DNA of 64,000 nucleotides from Eledone cirrhosa. Lineage: Eukaryota. The notes beneath the pieces were generated by a model, which saw nothing but the letters and a program-made list of their open reading frames with translations, did no database searches and had not been told where the DNA came from. Positions 1 to 12,835 of this stretch are shown piece after piece. The stretch's first letter is position 1. Each line of letters starts with the position of its first letter. Position numbers and translations under genes: made by a program. The DNA is taken from NCBI GenBank assembly GCA_964016885.1, contig OZ024743.1, forward strand, positions 309,938,001 through 310,002,000, given 5' to 3'.

Positions 1-928
1 AACACATGAGATGGGACACTCGCAGATTTGCATTTGATGTGTAAACACAGGTAGTTAAGTCTTCCCCCCTTGCTGAAGATTCGAGATTTGACTACTGTGA
101 CTTTACAGATTAATGGTGAATATTAATACTGAATAATTTAATGTAGAGATACGAAATGTTAACTTTTATTTCCCCATCCGAAATACATCACTTGTCTTCT
201 TTCCCAGAGAATAATATATACATCACAGTTTTAAAAGTGTGTATATGTTATTTGTCGAGTCTGAAAGTAGCTACAGATTTTACAGCTTATTGTTTTATAA
301 TATTTGACTGATACATATCAATATTCATATCTTGTCCATAATCAATCAGCGAACGGAATCGTGTCGCAAATTTGATTCTAGTTTTTCGTTAGTGTTGTCT
401 TTCGCAAATTATGCAACTGGAAATATGTATGAAAGTTGTCGTCTATCTTTATAAATTATCTCTTGTTCTAGACAATATTTTTCTGAAATCGATATCAGTT
501 TTTATAATGTTAATGCAGAAACTTGTAATTGATTGTATAAGTCGTCACTTCTGCTGCACAGAGCTAGAAGATTATGAATCTTGTAACATTTAGGTAAAAT
601 ATCATCGATTAATTGAAGAGGAAAAGAACACAGCTTATAACATTATCAAGTGCACGATTTGTGTAAACGAGCTGAATTAATTTTATACCTAAATTCAATT
701 TGTTCTCGACACAGGAGACAGCTCGTATTTTACATATTAAACTTATTAAAACTATTGCTCTTCATGGAAAAAATATTTATATCTTATGAATTTAAAGAAA
801 CCATATATTAAATAAAATGTTGTTTACACAATCTCAAACTACAACGCCTTTCTAAATATATTAAGGCCTCGATACATATGTTGTCATTTATTTAATTTAC
901 TGTCTTTTTATTGTATTTTCGTAAACAG

Positions 929-1043
929 TATTATTACAATGGAGAAAAACGAATGGCTCTACAAGCATGGATGAAAGCAATTGAATTAAATTCTACAGAT
1001 TCTGCAGCTTGGGAGAGCGTAATTGTTTACCTACATCACTTAG
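929..1043 (+). CDS. Internal exon of a TPR-repeat protein (TMTC4-like)
   Basis: Pyrimidine tract+CAG acceptor and GTGAGT donor. The 115 nt open exon reads YYYNGEKRMALQAWMKAIELNSTDSAAWESVIVYLHHL(G), a TPR pattern. It resembles the ALxAWxxAxxL...SxAW TPR of TMTC4 (recalled from memory, not searched). Confidence 0.7.
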
Positions 1044-1558
1044 GTGAGTGATCATGTCATGAGCAATATCTTTGTCAAAGTATTTCAGTTATTACAAATA
1101 TTATAGTATCATTGCCATTGTTAACAATCTTAATGCTGTTAAAGGTAAAACTATTTTCAAACTCAGAATTTTACTCACGAACTCATAAGCATCAATATCA
1201 AATTCGTATTACACGCATACTTTGAGAGATTGATCAATATCTTCCTCATATTGTTATGTCATTTAACTGAATTTTATCGAAGACAAATTTGATTTTTTTC
1301 CTTGCAAATTTCTTAAATACAACATCTATGACATTTAAAATAACATAATGAAAGACTGTAATGAAAAAAACCCATTCCTATTAGAAACAGCACCAACATT
1401 CAAGAATAAGAATAAGAATAAGAAGATGAATGCTTTCTTTATTATACACTTATATCTAAAATATTCCTATATAAAATACATGGTGATTGCTATATATGGG
1501 AATTTGGTGTAGCCTTAAAATAATTAAATAAAACCTCTTTATTGGAAGTACTGCAAAA

Positions 1559-1985
1559 TAATTGTTTCTACTTTAGGCACAAGGCCAGCAATTATCCAGT
1601 GCATTACTGGTACTTTATTTTATCGACCCCTGGAAAATAATGCAATATATATGCTTATATATTATAAAATGGTAAAATGAGTGAATTGTAAGATTGAACC
1701 AATGAAACTATGTTTAAGAAGCTCTTTCTATTGCTGAAACTAGCTACCCTTTTCAAATTATAGTAGAGGCGTCACCACGTTGAGAGGAGGCAGGATTTAA
1801 ACTCAGACTGCACTGAGCCAGAACAGATACCACAAAAGTTCCCCCAACCCACCACGCTTTTATATTGGGACTTTATTTATCGGCCCCGAAAGAATGAGAG
1901 GTTCAATTTCCCTTCATTGAGTTTGAACTCAGAGCACTGAATGTCGAAACAAATGCGGAGACATTTATTCCGACGCCCTTACGAC
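1559..1985 (-). mobile_element. Cluster of truncated tRNA-derived SINEs
   Basis: Same 3' tail and ACTTTATTTTATCGACCCC core as the full copies at 41920 and 42763; reverse B-box-like TTTGAACTC. Confidence 0.65.
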
Positions 1986-2723
1986 TTCTATATTCACAAT
2001 TTAAATTTCAACTGCTTAAACTCTTCTTTTTTTTTCATTAAATATTAATAGAACATCTATTATCAATAATTCTAATAATTATCAAGTTCAAAACAGAGAT
2101 TATAAAAATGAAGTTTAAATGCGTGCTACTGATATGTTTATTAAATATATTTTTTTAGAATTAGAATAACTTCATTTATGTAAGTTATAGATTTAGTTGC
2201 AAATGTAGGCCAGCATTTTAATAAGTGTGCGTGTTAGAGTGCATATATTTGATTATTACTTGAATTCATAATTATCTTTACATTAGAGAAATAGTGAAAA
2301 ACCTTCTTATCCTTAAAATATTATATGATCTTGTTGTTAGTTTTACTCATTATTTTTTCTTAAACTGACCACACCCACGAAAAACAACATTCATAAATAA
2401 TTTCTAATATTCTTTTTCTAATACTAAATTCAGGTTCTAAAGGTATTTAGGAAATTAGTATTTAGATCTGACAGATTGCGACAACAAATTTGAACAGCTT
2501 CCATTCTATGGTGTGTTTATTTTGGTTATTAGGATTTGATATACAAGTAGGAGAATAAATACCACCACATCCCAGTAGACTGATAGACAACTGAAAACAA
2601 TGAACAATTGAACGCGATGTAACAATACAAGGGAAAAACTAAATATATATACAAAACAGAAGCTGATACATTTGATGTGTAAAATTATATGTATGCTTAC
2701 AGAAATGATGAAAATTATACCTA

Positions 2724-2917
2724 TACAAGGGTCGGCTCAAAGGTTCATAGGCTGACTATGATGGAATGATGCTAGAGCTGTGAATTAATTTCAACTCTTA
2801 TATTAATAACTGCAATGTATCTTTTAGGGACTATGTTGAAAAATAAATCTCATTTCGATGAAGGTATCTTGATCAGCCTATATACTTTCCTGCTTATGAA
2901 CTCTACAGCCATTCCTC

Positions 2918-2920
<3 letters not shown>
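2724..2920. mobile_element. Degenerate mariner/Tc1-like MITE
   Basis: Ends TACAAGGGTCGGCTCAAAGGTTCATAGGC and GCTTATGAACTCTACAGCCATTCCTCGTA form imperfect ~29 nt TIRs with TA ends. Confidence 0.45.
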
Positions 2921-2955
<35 letters not shown>

Positions 2956-3001
<46 letters not shown>

Positions 3002-3200
3002 GTCGTCATCATCATAATCAGCGTTTTACGTCAATTTTCCTTGCTAGCATGGATTAGCTGAGTTCTCCTGTTGTGGGCTATGCTAGGTCAGGTGACCATG
3101 TTTTGCTCATACAGAACTGATTCTGGCTTGGTTTCTATCTGGATGCCCTTCCTAATGCCAACCTTATTTACAGTGTGGACTGGGTGTTTTTCTGTTGTGA
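2956..3200 (-). mobile_element. SINE 3' part with (CAT)n tail
   Basis: (CAT)n run followed by TGGATGCCCTTCCTAATGCCAACC, a SINE central-domain-like motif in reverse. Confidence 0.5.
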
Positions 3201-3434
3201 CACCTACACACACCTACACACACACACACACATATATATATACGCAAACACATTTATATATATATATATATATATATAGATATATATAATTTAATTATAA
3301 TGGAGTTAAAGTGTGTAAAGCTCAATGCGCACTTGAGGTCGACAGCAGGCAGGAATCCAGATCTAATGAAAGGTGTAATTCCAAAGGCTAAGATAATTTA
3401 GGTTGAAAACGGTGTATGTATATATATCTATCTA

Positions 3435-4257
3435 GGGCGGGTAAAATTCCCGAGATCCATGGACGAGTTCTCTCCATCAGTCTCTGTCCCTCATTATCGC
3501 TGCCATGCCCTGCCTCGCCAACAGACCAGTGTCTGTCCTTAGGGTATCAACATACGTTAACCTAGGTCTTCCTCTTCCAGTGTGTGCATGCAGGGGCTCT
3601 CATAGGAGCACTGACTGCAGTGTCAACTGTGGATGTCGGTGAGCATGTCCAGCTAACCTCAGTCTCCTCTGTATCACTTTTGAGCTGACTCTTGGGAGGC
3701 TCCCATACAGCTCTGAGTTTTTCATCCTCAGTGTATACAGATTAATGTTCAGAGCGATCCTCAGCATTATCGTGTAGCACCGATCCACCATCTGAGTGAG
3801 TTTCTTGGTCAGTGTCCAAGATCCGTACAGCAGCACAGACTCCACTACAGCAATGAAGAGGCGGATGTTCAGGTCTTCACGAAGGTCCGACTTCCACACT
3901 AGGACTCTGGCTTTACTGTAACACCGGCTCAGAGCAGGAGAGTTAAGGCGAAAAAGGTATCGGATGCAGAATTTGCCGACGACATAGTTTGGTGACAAAT
4001 ACAGTGAAGGAGGCAGAGGTTTTGATGCAGGAGGTTGAGACTGTGTCGATGAGTGTGGGGCTGAGAAAGAATGAGACTAAGACAACATTTCTGGTACAGA
4101 ATGTTGAGATTCCAGAGGGGATTACTAAGGTAGGCGGGAAGACGCTAGAATTGGTTAAGGACTTCCTATATTTGGGAGCAAAGATTGGGAATACGGAAGA
4201 TGATGTGGTTGAGAGGAAGAGCAAAGCCTGGGCGGCGCGTGCCACAGCTTGAGATCA

Positions 4258-4258
<1 letters not shown>
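3435..4258 (-). mobile_element. 5'-truncated RTE-clade LINE with 5' inversion
   Basis: Minus 3435-3900 encodes the RT C-terminus (VWKSDL...VESVLLYGS...RRLRLAGH). Plus 3897-4258 encodes the preceding part (AEFADDIV...FLYLG...KAWAA). Confidence 0.85.
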
Positions 4259-4310
<52 letters not shown>

Positions 4311-4315
<5 letters not shown>

Positions 4316-5300
4316 ATGCTTTGGGAGGGTCATGTTGCCAATAAGAAACACACGCACTAATTGCTTTCACTCCAATTTACTATAAATAAAATTTATAAAT
4401 TTAAGAATTTCTAAATTTCCGGTTGCTTGGTTCCACAACTGGACGGTTGTTCGTGTATTGTCAAAGTTCTTTCGTCACACATTCTGTGACCACTTCAGTG
4501 ACTGGGGATTCATTTCTTTGTTTTTGTGCCCCTCCTTTGTTCTGTCCTACGTCATCTTGTTTTTGAAGGGCCCTAGATAAATATAAACTCAATATTAAGA
4601 TAGTAGAAAGACCAGGTACTTCCATAAAAACACTTATTAGCAATACATACCCTTTTCAAAGACCTCCCTGTATAGATAAGTAATGTATAATCTGTAAACT
4701 AAGCCCTCATATTAACTGTAAAACAAGAAATTTAGTATATAGCATAAGATGTACTGAAGGACAATGTAGAGATAAGAATATAGTGTACATAGGTGAGACA
4801 GCTCGTAGTATAGGAGAACGGATAAATGAACACTGGCGAGAGCTTCAAGATGGAAAAGAATCATTTGTACTCCACCAACATGCTAACATAGAATATAAGG
4901 GTAAATTAGAGAACATAGAAATAAAAATAGAATCTACACACAGAAAAGACGCATTGTTTAGACAAATCACAGAGGCAATAAACATAAATGAACTGCAACC
5001 AAAGTTAAATAGAAAACATGAAAGGAATAGCAACATCACAACTTACAATTAAGGACAAAATGAAAGAACACACACACAGATCCCCGGATGTAACACATGC
5101 GCAAACTAAGCACACAACACAAACACAAACAAGATGGCGTAGGACAGAACAAAAAAGAGGCACAAACACAAAGAAAAGAATCCCCAGTCACTGAAGAGGT
5201 CACAGAATGTGTGACGAAAGAACTTTGACAAAATATGAACAACCGTCCGGTTGTGGAACCAACCAAACAACCTGAACTTTATAAATTCTTAAATTTATAA
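4311..5300 (+). mobile_element. Penelope-like element 3' fragment: GIY-YIG endonuclease flanked by inverted (4311-4562) and direct (5125-5300) pseudo-LTR
   Basis: 4575-5052 reads Cys-rich linker + NLVYSIRC..C...VYIGETARSIGERINEH...RQITEAININELQPKLN with one stop. The pLTR copies carry an HHR. Confidence 0.85.
5187..5229 (+). ncRNA. Minimal type I hammerhead ribozyme, pLTR family A (copies 4460-4502 -, 44548-44590 -)
   Basis: gtca CTGAAGA g gtcaca-gaatg-tgtgac GAAA gaac TT tgac; stems I and II pair, stem III is minimal. Confidence 0.65.
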
Positions 5301-5691
5301 ATATTAATAGAACATCTATTTAAGGATAAGAAGGTTTTTCGCTATTTCTCTAATGTAAAGATAATTATGAATTCAAGTAATAATCAAATATATGCACTCT
5401 AACACGCACACTTATTAAAATGCTGGCCTACATTTGCAACTAAATCTATAACTTACATAAATCAAGTTATTCTAATTCTAAACAAATATATTTAGTAAAC
5501 ATATCAGTAGTATGCATTTAAACTTCATTTTTTATAATCTCTGTTTTGAACTTGATAATTATTAGAATTATTGATAATAGATGTTCTATTAATATTTATA
5601 AATTTCAACACACGTTTTCAGATAAAGAATCTTGCTAAACAAATTCAGAAACGAAATATATACGTATATATGTGTATATGTATATATATAT

Positions 5692-6482
5692 ATTGTTATA
5701 GTTGGGGAGGGTCATATTTGTGTAATAATATTGCCAGAACTATACGAACATGCTAGACAACAACACGACATAGTCAACATAGGAATTAGAATGTCTAAAC
5801 ATAGAAATGACCCAGCAGATAGGCAAATCAGAGAGTCCAGCGAAATAGAACTTAGAAGGCCAAGGCTAAACAGAACAAATGAATGGAATAACAACACCCA
5901 AACAAACAACACTCACCTAAGAGAAGTATAAATAAATAAATAAATACATACACAAGCACAATAACAACAAACACATATAACAGACACTAGTAAACTAAGA
6001 TAGAATACAATAACCAATACACAGTCACCCAAACACGAACACACATCAAACAAAACACTATACACACACGCAAACCCATGCGCAGAGAAGACAAAAAAAA
6101 TAAATAAATAAATAAATAAATAAATAAACAGACTAAATAAAGATGGCGTAAGCATACAATACAACGGGAGGAAAGATAATAGCACCACTGACGATGTTGC
6201 AGATGTGCAACGAAAGAACTTTGTTAGACTATATATATGTGTTTGTGTCTATATTGTATCTGTATTTTTGACCGTTGGTCAGTCAATGGTAACATTGAGG
6301 ACCGAATAAATTAAATTAACCGATATAAAAGACACAGAAGCGAAAACCAACCAAACAATGAGTGTGTTTCGTTATTAATTCTGGCAATATTATTACACAA
6401 ATATAACCCTCCCCAAGTATAACAATATTTGTTTCAACACACGATTTCATATCAAAAACATCGCAAAACTAATTCATCGCCG

Positions 6483-6485
<3 letters not shown>
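5692..6485 (+). mobile_element. Second PLE 3' fragment with pLTR and short inverted end; HHR at 6184-6225
   Basis: HARQQH...RQIRESSEIELRRPRLNRTNEW is a GIY-YIG C-terminus. 5692-5740 is inverted at ~6379-6428. HHR reads CTGACGA t gttgca-gatg-tgcaac GAAA gaac TT. Confidence 0.7.
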
Positions 6486-6546
<61 letters not shown>

Positions 6547-6549
<3 letters not shown>

Positions 6550-8507
6550 TATAGACATAGAATATTCGAAAATATTCTGTATGTTTATAATAAACATTTT
6601 GAAGACCTAATCGCTATAGAATAGAATACGTCACGTATTACAATTAGATTCTCGATAAAAGCAAGGGAAGTAATCTACGCGTTTCATTCTTGTTAGAAAT
6701 CATCAGGACTACATATCCGGTGCTTTTATCGAGAATGACACAGCTAGAGACTTATAGAATACTTAGCTGTGTACAGGAACTGGTTTGAAAGAGCGGTTGC
6801 CGGTCCGGCAGAAATTAGAAATTGGAATAAATGCTCTGAAATAGCGATATATATGTGAATATAGACATAGAATATTCGAAAATATTCTGTATGTTTATAA
6901 TAAACATTTTGAAGACCTAATCGCTATAGAATAGAATACGTCACGTATTACAATTAGATTCTCGATAAAAGCAAGGGAAGTAATCTACGCGTTTCATTCT
7001 TGTTAGAAATCATCAGGACTACATATCCGGTGCTTTTATCGAGAATGACACAGCTAGAGACTTATAGAATACTTAGCTGTGTACAGGAACTGGTTTGAAA
7101 GAGCGGTTGCCGGTCCGGCAGAAATTAGAAATTGGAATAAATGCTCTGAAATAGCGATATATATGTGAATATAGACATAGAATATTCGAAAATATTCTGT
7201 ATGTTTATAATAAACATTTTGAAGACCTAATCGCTATAGAATAGAATACGTCACGTATTACAATTAGATTCTCGATAAAAGCAAGGGAAGTAATCTACGC
7301 GTTTCATTCTTGTTAGAAATCATCAGGACTACATATCCGGTGCTTTTATCGAGAATGACACAGCTAGAGACTTATAGAATACTTAGCTGTGTACAGGAAC
7401 TGGTTTGAAAGAGCGGTTGCCGGTCCGGCAGAAATTAGAAATTGGAATAAATGCTCTGAAATAGCGATATATATGTGAATATAGACATAGAATATTCGAA
7501 AATATTCTGTATGTTTATAATAAACATTTTGAAGACCTAATCGCTATAGAATAGAATACGTCACGTATTACAATTAGATTCTCGATAAAAGCAAGGGAAG
7601 TAATCTACGCGTTTCATTCTTGTTAGAAATCATCAGGACTACATATCCGGTGCTTTTATCGAGAATGACACAGCTAGAGACTTATAGAATACTTAGCTGT
7701 GTACAGGAACTGGTTTGAAAGAGCGGTTGCCGGTCCGGCAGAAATTAGAAATTGGAATAAATGCTCTGAAATAGCGATATATATGTGAATATAGACATAG
7801 AATATTCGAAAAAACATACAGAATATTTTCGAATATTCTATGTCTATATTCACATATATATCGCTATTTCAGAGCATTTATTCCAATTTCTAATTTCTGC
7901 CGGACCGGCAACCGCTCTTTCAAACCAGTTCCTGTACACAGCTAAGTATTCTATAAGTCTCTAGCTGTGTCATTCTCGATAAAAGCACCGGATATGTAGT
8001 CCTGATGATTTCTAACAAGAATGAAACGCGTAGATTACTTCCCTTGCTTTTATCGAGAATCTAATTGTAATACGTGACGTATTCTATTCTATAGCGATTA
8101 GGTCTTCAAAATGTTTATTATAAACATACAGAATATTTTCGAATATTCTATGTCTATATTCACATATATATCGCTATTTCAGAGCATTTATTCCAATTTC
8201 TAATTTCTGCCGGACCGGCAACCGCTCTTTCAAACCAGTTCCTGTACACAGCTAAGTATTCTATAAGTCTCTAGCTGTGTCATTCTCGATAAAAGCACCG
8301 GATATGTAGTCCTGATGATTTCTAACAAGAATGAAACGCGTAGATTACTTCCCTTGCTTTTATCGAGAATCTAATTGTAATACGTGACGTATTCTATTCT
8401 ATAGCGATTAGGTCTTCAAAATGTTTATTATAAACATACAGAATATTTTCGAATATTCTATGTCTATATTCACATATATATCGCTATTTCAGAGCATTTA
8501 TTCCAAT
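6547..8507. repeat. 310-bp HHR-containing tandem array (retrozyme-like) with central inversion
   Basis: Unit starts at 6547, 6857, 7167, 7477, 7787 (period 310, apparently identical). It flips at ~7812 and continues ~2.2 units reversed. Flanked by (TA)n. Confidence 0.95.
7996..8038 (+). ncRNA. Minimal type I HHR of the 310-bp unit (also 8306-8348 +; 6670-6712, 6980-7022, 7290-7332, 7600-7642 -)
   Basis: gtagtc CTGATGA tttct-aaca-agaat GAAA cgcg TA gattac: 6-bp stem I, canonical core, palindromic ACGCGT stem III, GUA site. Confidence 0.85.
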
Positions 8508-8520
8508 ATATATATATATA

Positions 8521-9066
8521 TTTATTAAAATAACAGATTAAAATTTAAGCAAAGAATCGCTGCTTTCACCCTTAACGGGATCTTCTGAAACAAAACAAAT
8601 CAATTTGTGAACGCAGGAAGTAAATATTTCGAAAAACATTGCAACCAAAGGAAGGCAGGAAGACGATATTTTGGTTCGTGGATACGTTCCCTGGCAAAGA
8701 ACGGAAAAAAGGAAGATAATACGTAATTATTTGGAGCGGTGAAAACAATTACACGCAAAGACAAAACCACGTTAATGGTATAAATGAAGTCGTAGACTAA
8801 TATTCTATTGGGTGGTTCGTGGAGACGTTCTGTGGCAATGAACGGAAAAATAAAGATAATGACATATTATCTTCGTTTTTTTCCGTTCTTTGCCAGGGAA
8901 CGTTTCCATGAACCAAAGTTTCGTCTTCCTGTCTTCCTTCGGTTGCAACATTTTTCGAAATATTTACTTCTGCGTTCACAGATTGATTTTTTTAGTTTCA
9001 GAAGATCCCGTTAAGGGTGAAAGCAGCGATTCTTTGCTTAAACTTTAATCTGTTATTTTAATAAAT
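8521..9066. repeat. Inverted repeat (~200 bp arms) with variant HHR (8994-9044 +)
   Basis: Arms 8521-8722 and 8865-9066. Motif: agttt CAGAAGA tccc-gttaa-gggt GAAA gca...tgc TT aaact. Confidence 0.8.
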
Positions 9067-9150
9067 ATTTGCTCTACGGTTCTTGTATATTTGATATATA
9101 TTTATCCTTATCGAGGCCCCTTTGCACTTTATTCTTCAAATTAATTATTA

Positions 9151-9211
<61 letters not shown>

Positions 9212-9361
9212 AATTAGTATATCTACCAACATATATATACAGATGCATACCTATGCTAGCAAATATATAGGTTTTGTCTTAGTAACTTTGTGGTTCAATG
9301 CGAGGGGATAGAACAATTATATGAAAGACGTAAAATAAGAAAATTATAAAAGTTAACTTAT

Positions 9362-9817
9362 TTACTAAAATTTCACTCCAACTAATTAGTTTCTGAAAGG
9401 GAATAAACATGGTTTCCGAATGGAACCCATGGAGAAAGCCTTTCATCTTCAGGAAGTCTTTTCTCACCTAATTTCCCAGGCGATGCGTGGACACAGGGAA
9501 TTTATACAAAAATAATTCAGTGGATGGAAAAAAGCAGGCGTGGACTAAATTCCAAGACATTGAAAAAATCACTGCCTACATGGTAGGTGGCAAATTCAAA
9601 AGAATCAATCACGTGACATCGAGGTTAATCCATAAGGAGTGGGGTGTTAAGATTTTTTCCATCCACTGAATTATTTTTGTTCTCTGTGTCCACGCATCAC
9701 CTGGGAAATTAGCTGAGAATAGACTTCTGATGACGAAAGGCTTTCTCCATGGGTTCCATTCGGAAACCATGTTTATTCCCTTTCAGAAACTAATTAGATG
9801 GAGTGAAATTTTAGTAA
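9362..9817. repeat. Inverted repeat (~165 bp arms)
   Basis: 9362-9531 is the reverse complement of 9655-9817 with a few mismatches. Confidence 0.85.
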
Positions 9818-9862
9818 GTTAATTTTTATAATTTTCTTATTTTACCTCTTTCATATATATAT

Positions 9863-9928
<66 letters not shown>

Positions 9929-10052
9929 AGTTGAATAAATGAACAGAGAACAAAAAACAGAGAGGCAGTACAAATGATCTGGTTTTTAGTTTCACGCTTG
10001 ATATAGGGATATATATATGTGTATACATATATATATATAAATATGTATATAC

Positions 10053-10125
<73 letters not shown>

Positions 10126-10391
10126 TTATTAAGGATACTATTTATGGTTATGTATATACTAAAACGTTTTATAGATATATATGTATATGTATGTATATAA
10201 ATATATATATATGTATATATATATGTGTGTGTGTATATATGTGTGTATATATGTATGTATGTATATATATATATGTATGTATATATATATATGTATGTAT
10301 ATATATATATACATATGTATATATATATATATATATATGCATATACGTATGTATATATATATATATATGTATATATATATGTATGTATATA

Positions 10392-10503
<112 letters not shown>

Positions 10504-10603
10504 CATGTATATTTGAATAAATGAACAGAGAACAAAAAACAGAGAGGCAGTACAAATGATCTGGTTTTTAGTTTCACGCTTGATATAGGGCTATATATAT
10601 GTG

Positions 10604-10635
<32 letters not shown>

Positions 10636-10647
10636 CGTGTATATATA

Positions 10648-10687
<40 letters not shown>

Positions 10688-10757
10688 TTAAGTATACTAT
10701 TTTTGGTTATGTATATACTCAAACTTTTTATAGTTATATATATATGTATGTATATAA

Positions 10758-10788
<31 letters not shown>

Positions 10789-10945
10789 GGTGTGTGTATA
10801 TATGTATGTATATATGTATGTATGTATATATTTATATGTATGTATATATATATATATGTATGTATATATATATACATATGTATATATATATATATATAGA
10901 TATATATTTCGTTTCTGAATTGGCAACATGACCCTCCCAAAGTAT

Positions 10946-11023
<78 letters not shown>

Positions 11024-11024
11024 G

Positions 11025-11101
<77 letters not shown>

Positions 11102-11190
11102 GTATATATATATACATACATATATATATATATATACATACATATAAATATATACATCCATACATATATACATCCATATATACACACACC

Positions 11191-11221
<31 letters not shown>

Positions 11222-11292
11222 TTATATATATGTATATGTATATTTATATATATATATATATGTATGTATGTATATATATATATATATGTATA

Positions 11293-12220
11293 TCCGCAAT
11301 CATTATTATTTTTTCTCTCTATCATAAATCTTTTTAATCTCAATTTCATCCTTAATTTATTATTTTTTTCTCCCCATCAACGAACTCATTATTAATACAT
11401 ATTAACTCTTTATTCGCATATATTATCAATTCAACCAATATACAAACTTTAACTTCACATTATTTTTCTCAAATCCTTCTACACACAAACCTTAATAATT
11501 TTTCTCTTCGTTAATTTTGAAATTGCCACAATACATACATTTCTTTTTTTGACGTTAGAATATTCATCCACAATTATTATTTTTTTCTCTCTATCTTCAT
11601 ACATAATTTCCCTTCGTTAATTTTCAAATTCCTTTAATTTATACATTATCTTCCAACGGTTCCCAACCTCTCTATGTTAAAACAATATATCTTTTTCTCA
11701 GTTATAAAAACTATCTCTTTCTCTCTATCACCCATCTCTCCCTCTCCACCTTCACTCTCATCTCCTCCCCCTTTTTTTTCATCCCCCCCCACCTCCCTAA
11801 ATAAAATATTTTTTCCTTGCACATATCCTCCCTTCGTTAATTTTCAAAATTTTTAATTTATACAATATCTTCCAACGGTTTTTAACCTCTCTATATAAAA
11901 AATATATCTCCTCTCAGTTATAAAAACTATCTCTTTCTCTCTATCACCCATCTCTCCCTCTCATCTCCTTCCCTTTTCATCCTTTCCACCCCCCCCTCTC
12001 TAAATAAAATATTTTTTTCCCAATATCACACATCAATCTAAAACCACTTTTCATATGTTGATTTAAAACTGCACTATCCACAAGTGTTTTTTAGCCTTCA
12101 TATCATGTTCTCCTGTTTTATCTGATGAAAACACAAATATTATTGCATGATGATGTTTGTTTTTGAAATGCGCATAATAAAATACATTGAACTCCTTTAA
12201 CCATCTTTTGATCTTATATT
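11293..12220 (+). mobile_element. PLE pseudo-LTR (~930 bp), solo copy
   Basis: Reverse complement of 50674-51602, which flanks a PLE endonuclease tail; ends in an HHR. Confidence 0.75.
12115..12183 (+). ncRNA. Type I HHR (copies 32351-32419 -, 50710-50778 -, 52073-52141 +)
   Basis: gttttat CTGATGA aaaca...tgttttt GAAA tgcgca TA ataaaat; palindromic ATGCGCAT stem III. Confidence 0.8.
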
Positions 12221-12228
12221 ATATATAT

Positions 12229-12329
<101 letters not shown>

Positions 12330-12479
12330 TACATATATATGTATGTATGTATATATATGTATATATGTGCGTGTGTGTGTGTGTGTGTGATTGTGTAATT
12401 TTGTGTGTGTGCTTGCAAAATTATATATGAACGAAAAGAAAATATTGCACGCTACTTGTATAGTATTACTTTAGTTAAA

Positions 12480-12835
12480 CATGTCGGTAGAGCGTCGGAC
12501 AACTGTATGCTTTGTGTCATATAATTGTCACCCTTTACGTTCTGAGTTCAAATGCCACCAAGTTTAGCTTTAGCTTTCATAATTATGTGGTTGATAAAAT
12601 AATGGACCGTTAACGTGCTGGGGTCGATTTAAACGAATCCCCTTCTTTAAGTTACCGGCGTTGTGCCAAAGATAGAAGCAATTAAGACAACAGTTAAAGC
12701 GTCAAATCAAATGCTATGAAGTAATTAGTGATAACACTTTATCTTCTGAGTTCTAAACCCGCCAAGGTGAGCAGGAGACCATAAAATAAAGTACCATCCA
12801 AGCACTGAGATTGAATTAATCGACTTCAAAGTAAC
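12480..12835 (+). mobile_element. Two degenerate tRNA-derived SINEs
   Basis: CGGTAGAGCGTCGGAC head, GAGTTCAAAT B box, GCTTTCAT...GATAAAATAA core. Confidence 0.6.

Noticed and set aside
6547-8507. CRISPR-like array
   Set aside because: Units are identical 310-mers with no variable spacers; eukaryotic context and no cas genes.
9715-9800. CTGATGA-C-GAAA as an HHR
   Set aside because: Core words are present but no convincing stem I or cleavage triplet register.
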